DNA from: an uncultured Candidatus Saccharibacteria bacterium
GTDB lineage: Bacteria; Patescibacteriota; Minisyncoccia; Minisyncoccales; JAGLUP01
DNA length: 36,980 nucleotides
Assembly: GCA_964400775.1 (NCBI GenBank)
Contig: CAYNVZ010000001.1
Span: forward strand, 1 to 36,980
Reading direction: 5' to 3'
Shown: positions 28,916-36,980 of the stretch, piece after piece
Layout: each line of letters begins with the position of its first letter
How positions within the stretch are numbered: position 1 is the stretch's first letter
Program-made: the position numbers and the translations under genes
The notes under the pieces: model-generated
The model's input: the letters and a program-made list of their open reading frames with translations, nothing else
What the model was told of the DNA's origin: nothing
The model's database searches: none

Positions 28916-31000
28916 TTAGAATATCCTGTTATCCTCTAACGAAATCTTGCATTTAGAGCATTTTTTGCCTTTTTTTGTCTCCACTATTAACGAACCGCAT
29001 TTTGGACAGATTTCTCCTGTAGGTTTATCCCACAGAGCAAAATCACACTCAGGAAAGCGACTACAGCCATAAAAGAGTTTTCCATTTTTTGTTCTTTTCT
29101 CAATTATTTCTCCTTTTTGGCATTTAGGACATTTTATTCCCAGGCCTGATTTTTCCAAGGGCTGAGTATATCTACACTGAGGAAACTTAGAACAGGCATA
29201 AAATCTACCATATCTACCTAATCGAATAACAAGAGGTGCTTTACATTTAGGGCATTTTTTATTTGTCTTTTCAACAATAGCTTCTTTGCCAGTTACCTCT
29301 TTATATTTTTGTTGCAGGTTTTTCTCAAATGGCTCGTAAAATTCTTTTATAGTAGAAATCCACTTCTTTTTTCCTTGAGCAATTTTATCCAAGTCCTCTT
29401 CCATCTTGGCTGTAAATTTAATATCTACAATCTGTGAAAAATGCTTCATTAAGATATCATTCACCTTTAGCCCTATTTCTGTTGGCTGAAACCTCCTGTC
29501 CTGATTTTTTTGTACATAATTTCTTTCCTGAATTAGAGAAATAATAGGAGCATAGGTAGAAGGACGCCCAATCCCGTTTTGTTCTAAAACCTTAATCAAA
29601 CTTGCCTCTGTATATCTAGAAGGTGGCTGGGTAAAATGTTGAGAGGGGATTAATTTTATAAGTTTTAAGAGCTCTTTTTCATTTAAATATGGCAGTTCAT
29701 TTTCTTTGTATCCAATAGGATAAACCCTTAAAAAGCCATCAAATTTCAAAATTTGTCCAGTAGCTCTAAAAGTATAATTCTTGGCTTGTATATCAACAGT
29801 AGTTGAATCAAAAACTGCCTGACTCATTTGGCAAGCAATAAACCTCCGCCAAATAAGGTCATAAAGACGATTCTCTTCAGGGTTTAATCTGCTTTTTAAC
29901 AACTCAGGGGTCTTTTCCGGATAGGTGGGTCTGATTGCCTCATGCGCCTCTTGGGCTGTTTTTGCTTTTGTTTTATACCTTCTTAAAAATCCAGGCCAAT
30001 AATTCCTGCCATAATTTGCTATAATAAATTTTTTAGCTGCAAAAAGAGACAAATCGCTAAGATTCAAAGAATCAGTCCTGTGGTAAGTGGTCAAACCCTT
30101 TTCATAAAGCGCTTGGGCAAACATCATTGTCTTTTTTGCTGGCCAATGTAACTTTTTCCATGCCTCTTGCTGTAAAGAACTGGTAGTAAAAGCAGGCAAG
30201 GGATTTCTTTTTATTTCTTTTCTTTCAACAGCTACCACCTTATATTCTGCCTTATCTAATTCTTTAACAATTTTTTCCGCCTCTTTTTTTGTTTTAATTC
30301 CTAATTTAGGAATAGTTTTATTATCCTTTTTTATTAACAGAGCTTCAAATTTTTTAATTTTTGAATTCTGATTTGTGTTTTTGATTTTTGCATTTTGATT
30401 TTTGATCTTGAGGAGCGAAGCGACGATTGTCCAATATTCCTCTGGCTTAAAATTTTTTATTTCTTCTTCTCTTTCACAAACCAACCGTACTGCCACTGAC
30501 TGAACCCTTCCGGCTGAAAGCCCTCCCATTACCTTTTTCCATAAAAATGGAGAAAGCTTATAACCAACCAGCCGATCTAGTATGCGTCTGGCTTGCTGGG
30601 CATTAACCAAATTCATATCTATCTTTCTAGGGTTTTTTAATGCCTGTTCAATTGCTGGCTTGGTAATCTCATGAAAAACAATTCTCTGGTATGGCTTTTT
30701 GCCATTTAAATCTAAAACCTGACTTAAGTGCCAAGCAATAGCTTCTCCTTCTCTATCTTCGTCTGTAGCAAGTATAACCAGGTCTGTTTTTTCTGTTTGT
30801 TTTTTTAAAAAGCTAACTACTTTTTTAGCTCCAGCTGGAATTACATATCTGGGCTTAAAGTCATTGTCAATATCAATCCCTAGTTCAGCTTTAGGCAAAT
30901 CACGAATATGTCCGTAAGAAGATAAAACCTGATAGTTAGGACCTAAAAACTTTAAGATGGTTTTTGCCTTGGTAGGACTTTCTACTATTAATAATCTCAT
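28916..31000 (-). CDS. topA: DNA topoisomerase I (type IA) with C-terminal zinc ribbons
   Basis: Toprim MRLLIVESPTKAK and DEDREGEAI, active-site region GLTTYHRTDS, and three CxxC..CxxC Zn ribbons. It has a low-complexity insert KIKNQNAKIKNTNQNSKIKK. Confidence 0.95.
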   Translation of the reverse strand: MRLLIVESPTKAKTILKFLGPNYQVLSSYGHIRDLPKAELGIDIDNDFKPRYVIPAGAKKVVSFLKKQTEKTDLVILATDEDREGEAIAWHLSQVLDLNGKKPYQRIVFHEITKPAIEQALKNPRKIDMNLVNAQQARRILDRLVGYKLSPFLWKKVMGGLSAGRVQSVAVRLVCEREEEIKNFKPEEYWTIVASLLKIKNQNAKIKNTNQNSKIKKFEALLIKKDNKTIPKLGIKTKKEAEKIVKELDKAEYKVVAVERKEIKRNPLPAFTTSSLQQEAWKKLHWPAKKTMMFAQALYEKGLTTYHRTDSLNLSDLSLFAAKKFIIANYGRNYWPGFLRRYKTKAKTAQEAHEAIRPTYPEKTPELLKSRLNPEENRLYDLIWRRFIACQMSQAVFDSTTVDIQAKNYTFRATGQILKFDGFLRVYPIGYKENELPYLNEKELLKLIKLIPSQHFTQPPSRYTEASLIKVLEQNGIGRPSTYAPIISLIQERNYVQKNQDRRFQPTEIGLKVNDILMKHFSQIVDIKFTAKMEEDLDKIAQGKKKWISTIKEFYEPFEKNLQQKYKEVTGKEAIVEKTNKKCPKCKAPLVIRLGRYGRFYACSKFPQCRYTQPLEKSGLGIKCPKCQKGEIIEKRTKNGKLFYGCSRFPECDFALWDKPTGEICPKCGSLIVETKKGKKCSKCKISLEDNRIF

Positions 31001-31031
31001 AACTTCAATTTAGCATTTTTTTTAAAAATTA

Positions 31032-31068
31032 CAAATAAAAAGAACGCCTGTTTTATCAAAAGGCGTTT
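31032..31068 (-). terminator. Rho-independent terminator downstream of the FIST gene
   Basis: The minus strand reads AACGCCT, 11-nt loop, AGGCGTT, then CTTTTTATTTGT. Confidence 0.5.
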
Positions 31069-31094
31069 CTTTGGCTTTGCGTGAATCTAAAGCT

Positions 31095-32588
31095 CTATCT
31101 GTTTTCTTCTGGATATTCTGCCATTAAAAATCTGTCGCTTGCTCCAAGCATAGTGATAGTAACATTTGAACCGCGGGCAAATCCTGTTTTGAAAAAAGCA
31201 GTTTCGCCTGCTGAACATAATCCAAAAACAGGAACATCTCTTTGGCCTAAGGTATTCTTAATTACTTCTATTTCTTTGGCATATTGTGTGCCTAATATCC
31301 ATCCTCTGGCGCCACAGGAAAAAAACATAACAAAATGGAAAAACTTTTCTCCAGCACTTTCCTGCATCATTTTTACTGCTGTTTGTGTAGCTTTTTGGGC
31401 AGATTCTTTAGTTATCTTTACCACACTTAAACCCATTCCTGTTTTTACCGGATCAAGAACAAATAACTTTTTTTCTGATTCTGAAGCTCCCATAATAGCA
31501 AGGGGCCAGTAAAAGTTTACATTCGGCTCAGAAAGACCTAAATAATATCCTTTTCTTACAATAGCATTTAGAGAATCAACAAAAAATGGCTCTCTTTTTA
31601 CTCCTGCATATTTTTCCATTACTTCTAAAAAAACATCTAGAGCTGGTTTTTGATTTATTTGTTCAATCTCCCAGCCCTGGGTCTTAGTCACAACACCTAC
31701 TGGCGCTACAAGCTCTGCTCCTGTTTCTGTGCCATAGCCAATTTCTAAATCAGAGCTAAAAACAATAGATATCACTGCATTCTGATAGACCTTGTCATTA
31801 AAAAAAATATACGGCTGTTCAATTCCCGCTCCTGTCCGGCTAGAAATAAACCTCCCTGCCAACCCACCTCCAGTAAGCTTAACCCAATCTCTGCTGTATG
31901 AGGTCATTCCTTCAAGGATTTGATTGTCTACATAACCTTGATAAGAATTATTTTTTGCTTCTGCTCCTCCTGGAGTAAGAATTATTCCGCTCAAAGGCCT
32001 TATTTTCCTTATCTCTTGAGGTCCTTTTCTCATTAAACCCATATAGGCAGTCATTGTGGCATAAGGAAGGTCCTTTAAAGCCATTTCAATGCAATCTCTT
32101 CCTGCTTTTACTGGGTCTTTATCTGTTTTAAGACCTATTCCTGTTCCAAATTTTAAAAATGGAGATTGTAAAGCAATTACACAAACCCCAGAAAATTCTA
32201 ATGCCTTTATTACTTTTCCTAATGGCTTGGTTATCTTAGCAGTAATCGCGTTTATTGATTCTATATCAAAAAAGTACTTATCCTGGGCAAAAAAACCTAA
32301 AACAGTTCCTCCTACTAAAGGTATGTTTTTATCTTCAAATACCTCGTATATTTTTTCCAATGCTTTTTTATAATCACCCTTATAGGTATAAACACAATAA
32401 AACATCAACAGCTGGGGCTTTTCTCCTTTTGATTTTTGGAAAAACTCTTGCTTTGCTCTTTGAGCTGCCTCTTCTGCCGCCTTTATCAGGTCTTGAGTTT
32501 TAGACACACCTATCCCTGTTTTAACCAAATATCTTTTTGGTGCTATAGGCATAATAGATTTAAATCCCAAATAAATTGCAAACTTCAA
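31095..32588 (-). CDS. FIST-domain (FIST_N plus FIST_C) putative sensory protein, stand-alone
   Basis: PQLLMFYCVY..IPLVGGTVLGFF (FIST_N-like) and FFSCGARGWILG..DVPVFGLCSAGETA (FIST_C-like). The track start is TTG 32588; the ATG at 32552 is an alternative. TAG stop. Confidence 0.65.
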   Translation of the reverse strand: MKFAIYLGFKSIMPIAPKRYLVKTGIGVSKTQDLIKAAEEAAQRAKQEFFQKSKGEKPQLLMFYCVYTYKGDYKKALEKIYEVFEDKNIPLVGGTVLGFFAQDKYFFDIESINAITAKITKPLGKVIKALEFSGVCVIALQSPFLKFGTGIGLKTDKDPVKAGRDCIEMALKDLPYATMTAYMGLMRKGPQEIRKIRPLSGIILTPGGAEAKNNSYQGYVDNQILEGMTSYSRDWVKLTGGGLAGRFISSRTGAGIEQPYIFFNDKVYQNAVISIVFSSDLEIGYGTETGAELVAPVGVVTKTQGWEIEQINQKPALDVFLEVMEKYAGVKREPFFVDSLNAIVRKGYYLGLSEPNVNFYWPLAIMGASESEKKLFVLDPVKTGMGLSVVKITKESAQKATQTAVKMMQESAGEKFFHFVMFFSCGARGWILGTQYAKEIEVIKNTLGQRDVPVFGLCSAGETAFFKTGFARGSNVTITMLGASDRFLMAEYPEENR

Positions 32589-32709
32589 CTTTCAGAATTC
32601 CAAAAAGGTTTTTCTTATTAGAATTCTGATTTGGGATTTTTCTTTATTATATCACAATATTTGCTGAATTGTTTTCCACAGAAATGGTTTTTGAATTTTT
32701 GCTTACAAT

Positions 32710-33570
32710 TTAGCATAGCCCATATACATTCCCGCCTAAATTTCTTACCTTTCCATCTATTTCCAAAACAGCAAGAGTAGAGTTTACTATAGCCGGAGTT
32801 AATCTTGTTATTTCAATAATTTTATCAATATGGAGTGGTTGTTCTTTTAAACTATTTATAATCAATTGCTCTTCTCTATTTTTCCCAATTATTTGTTTGT
32901 TTTTAGAAACTGGACGAACAATCCCTAACTCTTTTAGTATATCATCAGCTGAATCAGCTAATCGCGCTCCTTTTTTAATTAGATTATGAGGTCCTTTTGA
33001 ATTTGAAGAAAAAATTGAACCAGGGACCGCAAAGACCTTTCTATTCTGTAAAAAAGCATGATCAGCAGTAATTAAAGCGCCTGATTTTTGTTTTGCCTCA
33101 ACAACCAAAACACCTTTTGACATCCCAGAAATAAGCCGATTTCTTTGCGGAAAATTTTGTTTAAAGCCAGGAGTGCCAACCGGATATTCAGAGATTAAAG
33201 CTCCATTTTTAACAATCCTTTTAGCCAATTTTAGATTCTCTTTAGGATAAATACTTTTGTCATCTATTCCAGTGCCTAATACTGCTATGGTCCTGGCACC
33301 TTGTTCTAAAGCAGCCAAGTGAGCAAATGTGTCAATTCCTTGAGCTAAACCGCTGACAATTGTTAATCCTGCTTGAGCCAAATCTCCAGTTATTTTCAAA
33401 GCGGTCTGCTTTCCATAAGGAGAAAACCTCCTGGTTCCTACCACAGCAAAATAAATCTCACTGGGCTGGAGAACTCCTCTAATATAAAGGGTTTTTGGCG
33501 GGTCAGGAATTTTTTTAAGCAAATGGGGATATTCTTTGTCCTTAATGCTAACAGTTCTTATTTCTTCCAC
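32710..33570 (-). CDS. dprA: DNA-processing protein DprA (Smf)
   Basis: VVGTRRFSPYGKQ, TIVSGLAQGIDTFAH and GALITADHA motifs, plus a C-terminal winged-helix-like tail. Confidence 0.9.
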   Translation of the reverse strand: MEEIRTVSIKDKEYPHLLKKIPDPPKTLYIRGVLQPSEIYFAVVGTRRFSPYGKQTALKITGDLAQAGLTIVSGLAQGIDTFAHLAALEQGARTIAVLGTGIDDKSIYPKENLKLAKRIVKNGALISEYPVGTPGFKQNFPQRNRLISGMSKGVLVVEAKQKSGALITADHAFLQNRKVFAVPGSIFSSNSKGPHNLIKKGARLADSADDILKELGIVRPVSKNKQIIGKNREEQLIINSLKEQPLHIDKIIEITRLTPAIVNSTLAVLEIDGKVRNLGGNVYGLC

Positions 33571-33578
33571 AGGTTCTT

Positions 33579-35903
33579 TTAATTTAGCACTATATTTATT
33601 AATTTATTCTTCACAAACACAACTCTCTTGATTTTTTTTCCTTTTATATATTTTCTCACCCTTGCTTGAGACAAAGCCAGCTCTTTTGCCTTATCTTCTG
33701 AAATATCCATTTCTACTTTTACTCTATCCCGCATTTTTCCATTTATCTGGATCACCAACTCAAACACTTTCTCTTTAATAAGCTTAGGATTGTATTCAGG
33801 CCATTTTTGCAAAAAAATACTTTTATCATTGCCAAGCTTATGCCAAATCTCTTCTGAAATATGCGGGGCAAAAGGGGATAAAAGAATAATTAATACCTGA
33901 TAATCATCAACTGACAATTCCTTTTGTTTTTCAAATTCATTAGTCAAAATCATCATCTGTGAGATGGCTGTATTAAACTTGAAACCTTCAATATCCTCTG
34001 TTACCTTTTTAATGGTCTGATGTATTAACCGCTCTAATTTTTTATTTTTTATTTTCATTTCTTTATTTCTTACTCGTTCTTGGAGATGCCAAACCCTTTG
34101 AAGAAATCTTCTAATCCCTACAATTCCTTTTGTGCTCCAGGGCTTTGGCTGATCAAAAGGCCCCATAAACATCTCATACAACCTCATAGCATCAGCTCCA
34201 TATTTATTAACTATCTCAGTAGGATTAATCACATTGCCTAAGGATTTTGACATTTTTCTTCCATCCTCAGCCAAAACAAGGCCCTGGCTCCTTAATTTCA
34301 AAAAGGGCTCTTTTGTGGGAACATATCCTAAATCGTATAAGAACTTGTGCCAAAAGCGCGCATAAAGCAAATGAAGCACAGCATGTTCTGCTCCGCCAAC
34401 ATAAAGATCAACCGGTAGCCAGTATTTTAATTTCTCAAAGCCAGCAAATTCTTTGCTGTTATGAGGGTCAATGTATCTTAAATAATACCAACAGCTCCCT
34501 GCCCATTGAGGCATTGTGTTTGTCTCTCTTTTTGCTTTTCTCCCGCATTTAGGACAAAAGGTATTCACCCATTCAGGAATGTTTGCCAGAGGCGACTCGC
34601 CTGTTCCTGTGGGCTCATATCGTTCTACTTCCGGCAGTTTTAATGGAAGCTCTTCTTCTGGCACTGGTACATTTCCACAATTTTCGCATTTAATAATTGG
34701 TATCGGTTCTCCCCAATATCTCTGGCGAGAAAACACCCAATCCCGCAATTTATAATTTACTGCTCTTTTGCCAATTTTATTTTTTTCCAGCCACTTAATT
34801 ATCTTCTCTTTATCTTCTAAATCAATTTCAATAATAGGCAGTTTAAACTTTTTAGCAAATTCAAAATCTCTTTCATCATGGGAAGGTACTGCCATAATAG
34901 CTCCATATCCATAAGAAATTAACACATAATCAGCAATCCAAATAGGAATTTTTTTATTATTTATAGGATTAATCGCATATGAACCAACAAACACTCCTGT
35001 TTTTTCCTTTGCCAGGTCAGTCCTTTCCAAATCGCTCTTTTTTCGCGCCTCTTGTTGATATTTTTCTACCTCAGACCTTTGGGCATCAGTGGTCAACTCT
35101 TGTACCAAAGGATGCTCAGGTGAAAGAACTAAAAATGTGGCTCCAGGTAGGGTGTCTGGACGAGTAGTATAAACCCTTATTATTTTATCTGAACCTTCTA
35201 CTTTAAAATCAATATCAGTTCCCTCGCTTTTTCCAATCCAGTTTCTCTGCATCTCTTTTATCTTCTCTGGCCAATCTAAATCATCTAAATCTTTTAGAAG
35301 TCGCTCCGCATAAGCAGTAATTTTTAAAAGCCACTGCCTCATATCTTTTCTTACCACCTGGGTTTTACAACGCTCGCAACAGCCATTAACAACCTCTTCA
35401 TTTGCCAAACCGGTCTTGCAAGAAGGACACCAATTTATAGGCACTGTTGCCTCATAAGCCAAGCCCTTTTTAAAAAACTGCAAAAAAATCCACTGAGTGT
35501 ATTTATAATAACCTGGGTCAGTAGTATTTATTTCCCGGGACCAGTCATAAGCAAAGCCCAAGCTCTTAATCTGCTTTCTCATATTATCAATATTTTTCTT
35601 GGTGCTGATTTTAGGATGAATGCCGGTTTTAAGAGCATAATTTTCAGCTGGCAAACCAAAGGCATCCCACCCCATAGGCCGAAGTACATTATACCCTCTC
35701 ATTTTCATATAGCGGGCAACAATATCATTGGCAGTATATCCTGCAGGATGTCCAACATGCAGTCCTTGGGCAGAGGGATAAGGAAACATATCTAAACTAT
35801 AAAACTTGGGCTTTTTGGAAAAATCCTCTGCTTTATAAAGCTCTTGCTCTTCCCATTTTTTCTGCCATTTTTTTTCAATTTTCTGAGGATTATATTCTTC
35901 CAT
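33579..35903 (-). CDS. leuS: Leucine--tRNA ligase
   Basis: Class I HIGH (HVGHPAGY) and KMSKS motifs, a Zn-binding CP1 region (CPSC..CERC), and length and order typical of bacterial LeuRS. Confidence 0.95.
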   Translation of the reverse strand: MEEYNPQKIEKKWQKKWEEQELYKAEDFSKKPKFYSLDMFPYPSAQGLHVGHPAGYTANDIVARYMKMRGYNVLRPMGWDAFGLPAENYALKTGIHPKISTKKNIDNMRKQIKSLGFAYDWSREINTTDPGYYKYTQWIFLQFFKKGLAYEATVPINWCPSCKTGLANEEVVNGCCERCKTQVVRKDMRQWLLKITAYAERLLKDLDDLDWPEKIKEMQRNWIGKSEGTDIDFKVEGSDKIIRVYTTRPDTLPGATFLVLSPEHPLVQELTTDAQRSEVEKYQQEARKKSDLERTDLAKEKTGVFVGSYAINPINNKKIPIWIADYVLISYGYGAIMAVPSHDERDFEFAKKFKLPIIEIDLEDKEKIIKWLEKNKIGKRAVNYKLRDWVFSRQRYWGEPIPIIKCENCGNVPVPEEELPLKLPEVERYEPTGTGESPLANIPEWVNTFCPKCGRKAKRETNTMPQWAGSCWYYLRYIDPHNSKEFAGFEKLKYWLPVDLYVGGAEHAVLHLLYARFWHKFLYDLGYVPTKEPFLKLRSQGLVLAEDGRKMSKSLGNVINPTEIVNKYGADAMRLYEMFMGPFDQPKPWSTKGIVGIRRFLQRVWHLQERVRNKEMKIKNKKLERLIHQTIKKVTEDIEGFKFNTAISQMMILTNEFEKQKELSVDDYQVLIILLSPFAPHISEEIWHKLGNDKSIFLQKWPEYNPKLIKEKVFELVIQINGKMRDRVKVEMDISEDKAKELALSQARVRKYIKGKKIKRVVFVKNKLINIVLN

Positions 35904-35923
35904 ATGAACATTTGTTAGTAGGC

Positions 35924-36069
35924 GTACAGTTTCACCACTCCCTCCTATATCCTCCCCCTCAAAGAGGGGGAGGATTAAGGTGGGGGTGCTCCACCCCCTC
36001 CCTTTGGGAGGGGGTGGAAAAAGGAAGGGGTGGAGAAAATATTGTTAACACAACCTGGTGAAACTTTAC
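35924..36069. other. GC-rich multi-helix element: 14-bp closing stem enclosing two 12-13-bp C/G hairpins (candidate structured leader, sRNA or MITE-like repeat)
   Basis: 35924..35937 (GTACAGTTTCACCA) pairs with 36056..36069 (TGGTGAAACTTTAC) at 13 of 14 positions. Hairpin A is 35949..35975 (ATCCTCCCCCTC-AAA-GAGGGGGAGGAT). Hairpin B is 35990..36018 (TCCACCCCCTCCC-TTT-GGGAGGGGGTGGA). An alternative partner GGGGTGGAG lies at 36027..36035. Confidence 0.6.
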
Positions 36070-36109
36070 AAAAGAGTAAACAATACCCGAATTTCTCACA
36101 ATTTATTAT

Positions 36110-36148
36110 AGCAGAAAAAAACAAAAAAACCTAACCTTAAGTTAGGTT
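36110..36148 (-). terminator. Rho-independent terminator of the 36154..36606 gene
   Basis: The minus strand reads AACCTAAC, 5-nt loop, GTTAGGTT, then TTTTTTGTTTTTTT. Confidence 0.6.
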
Positions 36149-36153
36149 ACAAG

Positions 36154-36606
36154 TTAATGATACATAACCTCTTTGATTATATCTCTTCCTCTTTTTCTAG
36201 CAAGAGCAGAAAGATTCTTTAAAAACTGCTCTCCTTGTGGCGTAAGTTTATATTCCGTGATTATTGCTTTTTTAATAAACTGCTTTCTCAACAGTTCGTC
36301 TATAGTAAAACATATCTCCTTCTTAGAATATCCCAGCTCCATAAGATTTTGCACAATTCCGCTTTGTTCCTGTTGGAAATAAAAAGATGCCCCGAGAAGC
36401 TTAGCTAAAGCATTCATTCCACCTATCAAGCTCATTACAAAAGAAAAATCATTTTTTTTCTCTTTTAGGAAAGGAAAGAATGTTTCTATATCTTCTTCTT
36501 TGCTGTAAAACAATAAAACAAGCAAAGCAATGTCCGGATATCTAAATCTTCTAATCATTTTCTTTTTTCTTTTCAAAGAACTATTTTTTATATAGTACAG
36601 CACCAA
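36154..36606 (-). CDS. Hypothetical protein, possible winged-helix DNA-binding C-terminus
   Basis: The 150-aa ORF starts at TTG 36606; an ATG at 36558 giving MIRRFRYPD is the likelier start. The C-terminal ICFTIDELLRKQFIKKAIITEYKLTPQGEQFL resembles a wHTH recognition helix plus wing. This assignment is weak. Confidence 0.5.
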   Translation of the reverse strand: MVLYYIKNSSLKRKKKMIRRFRYPDIALLVLLFYSKEEDIETFFPFLKEKKNDFSFVMSLIGGMNALAKLLGASFYFQQEQSGIVQNLMELGYSKKEICFTIDELLRKQFIKKAIITEYKLTPQGEQFLKNLSALARKRGRDIIKEVMYH

Positions 36607-36651
36607 ACAAGAAATTTGTCAATTTTTGCAGTGAATTATACACTTTTTACA

Positions 36652-36980
36652 CTAAAACAGAGATCTATTGAACAAAGAAGTAATGCTTGCTAATAAAAAG
36701 GAAACCAAGGCCAAAATCATTCCTAATTTAATAGTTCTTTGGGCGAATCCCGGATTTTTAAAAGCAATAAACATTGAATAAATAAACATTATGTCAACTG
36801 CTGTTATCATTAAATATGCCTTTCCTAAGACATTCTTTAATAAGGGTAAAAAAGATAAAAAAACCGCTCCTGCTAAACAAAAATCAGCTATAATTACTGA
36901 ATTTTCTTTTCCTATTTTCATTGGTAAGGTACATCTCTGTCTTTTATCTCCTGTTATATCTTCAACATCTTTTATTATTT
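36652..36980 (-). CDS. UbiA-family prenyltransferase, C-terminal part (gene runs off the right edge)
   Basis: The frame stays open upstream of the track ATG (36921) to the window edge. It reads ..IIKDVEDITGDKRQRCTLPMKIGKENS, matching the second Asp-rich motif (D..D..GD....G..T.P) of UbiA prenyltransferases, followed by TM helices. TAG stop. Confidence 0.6.
   Translation of the reverse strand, partial: IIKDVEDITGDKRQRCTLPMKIGKENSVIIADFCLAGAVFLSFLPLLKNVLGKAYLMITAVDIMFIYSMFIAFKNPGFAQRTIKLGMILALVSFLLASITSLFNRSLF

Noticed and set aside
31081-32621. Plus-strand ORFs antisense to the FIST gene (31081..31512, 32089..32373, 32255..32503, 32436..32621)
   Set aside because: All are nested in the long minus-strand ORF, which has recognisable domain motifs. 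None has independent signals.
35904-36153. T-box leader or leucine attenuator in front of leuS
   Set aside because: On the leuS (minus) strand I find no T-box consensus (AANNNGGGTGGTACCGCG-like), no specifier-loop architecture and no Leu-rich leader peptide. The only T-box-like string (ATTAAGGTGGGGGTGCT) is on the wrong strand.
1-36980. UGA-recoded genetic code (code 25 or 4), as in some CPR lineages
   Set aside because: TGA ends many ORFs at expected family C-termini (nrdG, hepT, mntA, ftsA, hisS, lepB, pth, the pilin-LamG protein). No long ORF requires read-through of TGA.

Overview
AT-rich, gene-dense chromosomal segment with about 33 protein genes and one tRNA. It uses the standard genetic code: TAA, TGA and TAG all end ORFs at sensible positions. 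The gene content suggests a Patescibacteria/CPR (Parcubacteria-like) bacterium; this taxonomic call is inference. Supporting traits are a minimal housekeeping set, GFT(L/I)IELL pilins, membrane-anchored orphan proteins with the WK.Y.NEEYGFE..YP motif, ComEC/DprA, fermentative IorAB and anaerobic NrdDG.

Layout:
- 1..19337 is almost all minus strand: pilin fragment, two glycosidases, comEC, nrdG-nrdD, ftsZ, a HEPN/MNT pair, ftsA, a pilin-LamG protein, yqeY-rpsU-HIT-hisS, lepB.
- 19658..26781 is mostly plus strand: pth, iorAB, a YvcK-like protein, a HAD/PP-loop fusion, a BadF-type kinase.
- 26953..36980 is minus strand: tRNA-Leu, rel, topA, a FIST protein, dprA, leuS, an orphan, a UbiA-family fragment.

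Most notable observations:
1. A MntA/HepT (nucleotidyltransferase/HEPN) toxin-antitoxin pair sits between ftsA and ftsZ. It is joined to ftsZ by ATGA overlaps, so ftsZ reads as the third cistron of the TA operon.
2. This FtsZ ends right after its globular core, with no linker or C-terminal FtsA-binding peptide.
3. NrdD (1358 aa) carries two inteins: a 474-aa LAGLIDADG intein and a 180-aa mini-intein.
4. A single in-frame TAG splits a membrane-anchored gene just downstream of ftsA.
5. Several GC-rich structured or repeated elements stand out against the AT-rich background. These are a dispersed 37-41 bp palindrome (3 copies), a four-unit repeat able to form alternative helices over a pilin start codon, and a 146-nt multi-helix element in front of leuS.

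No CRISPR array, rRNA, transposase or prophage was seen.
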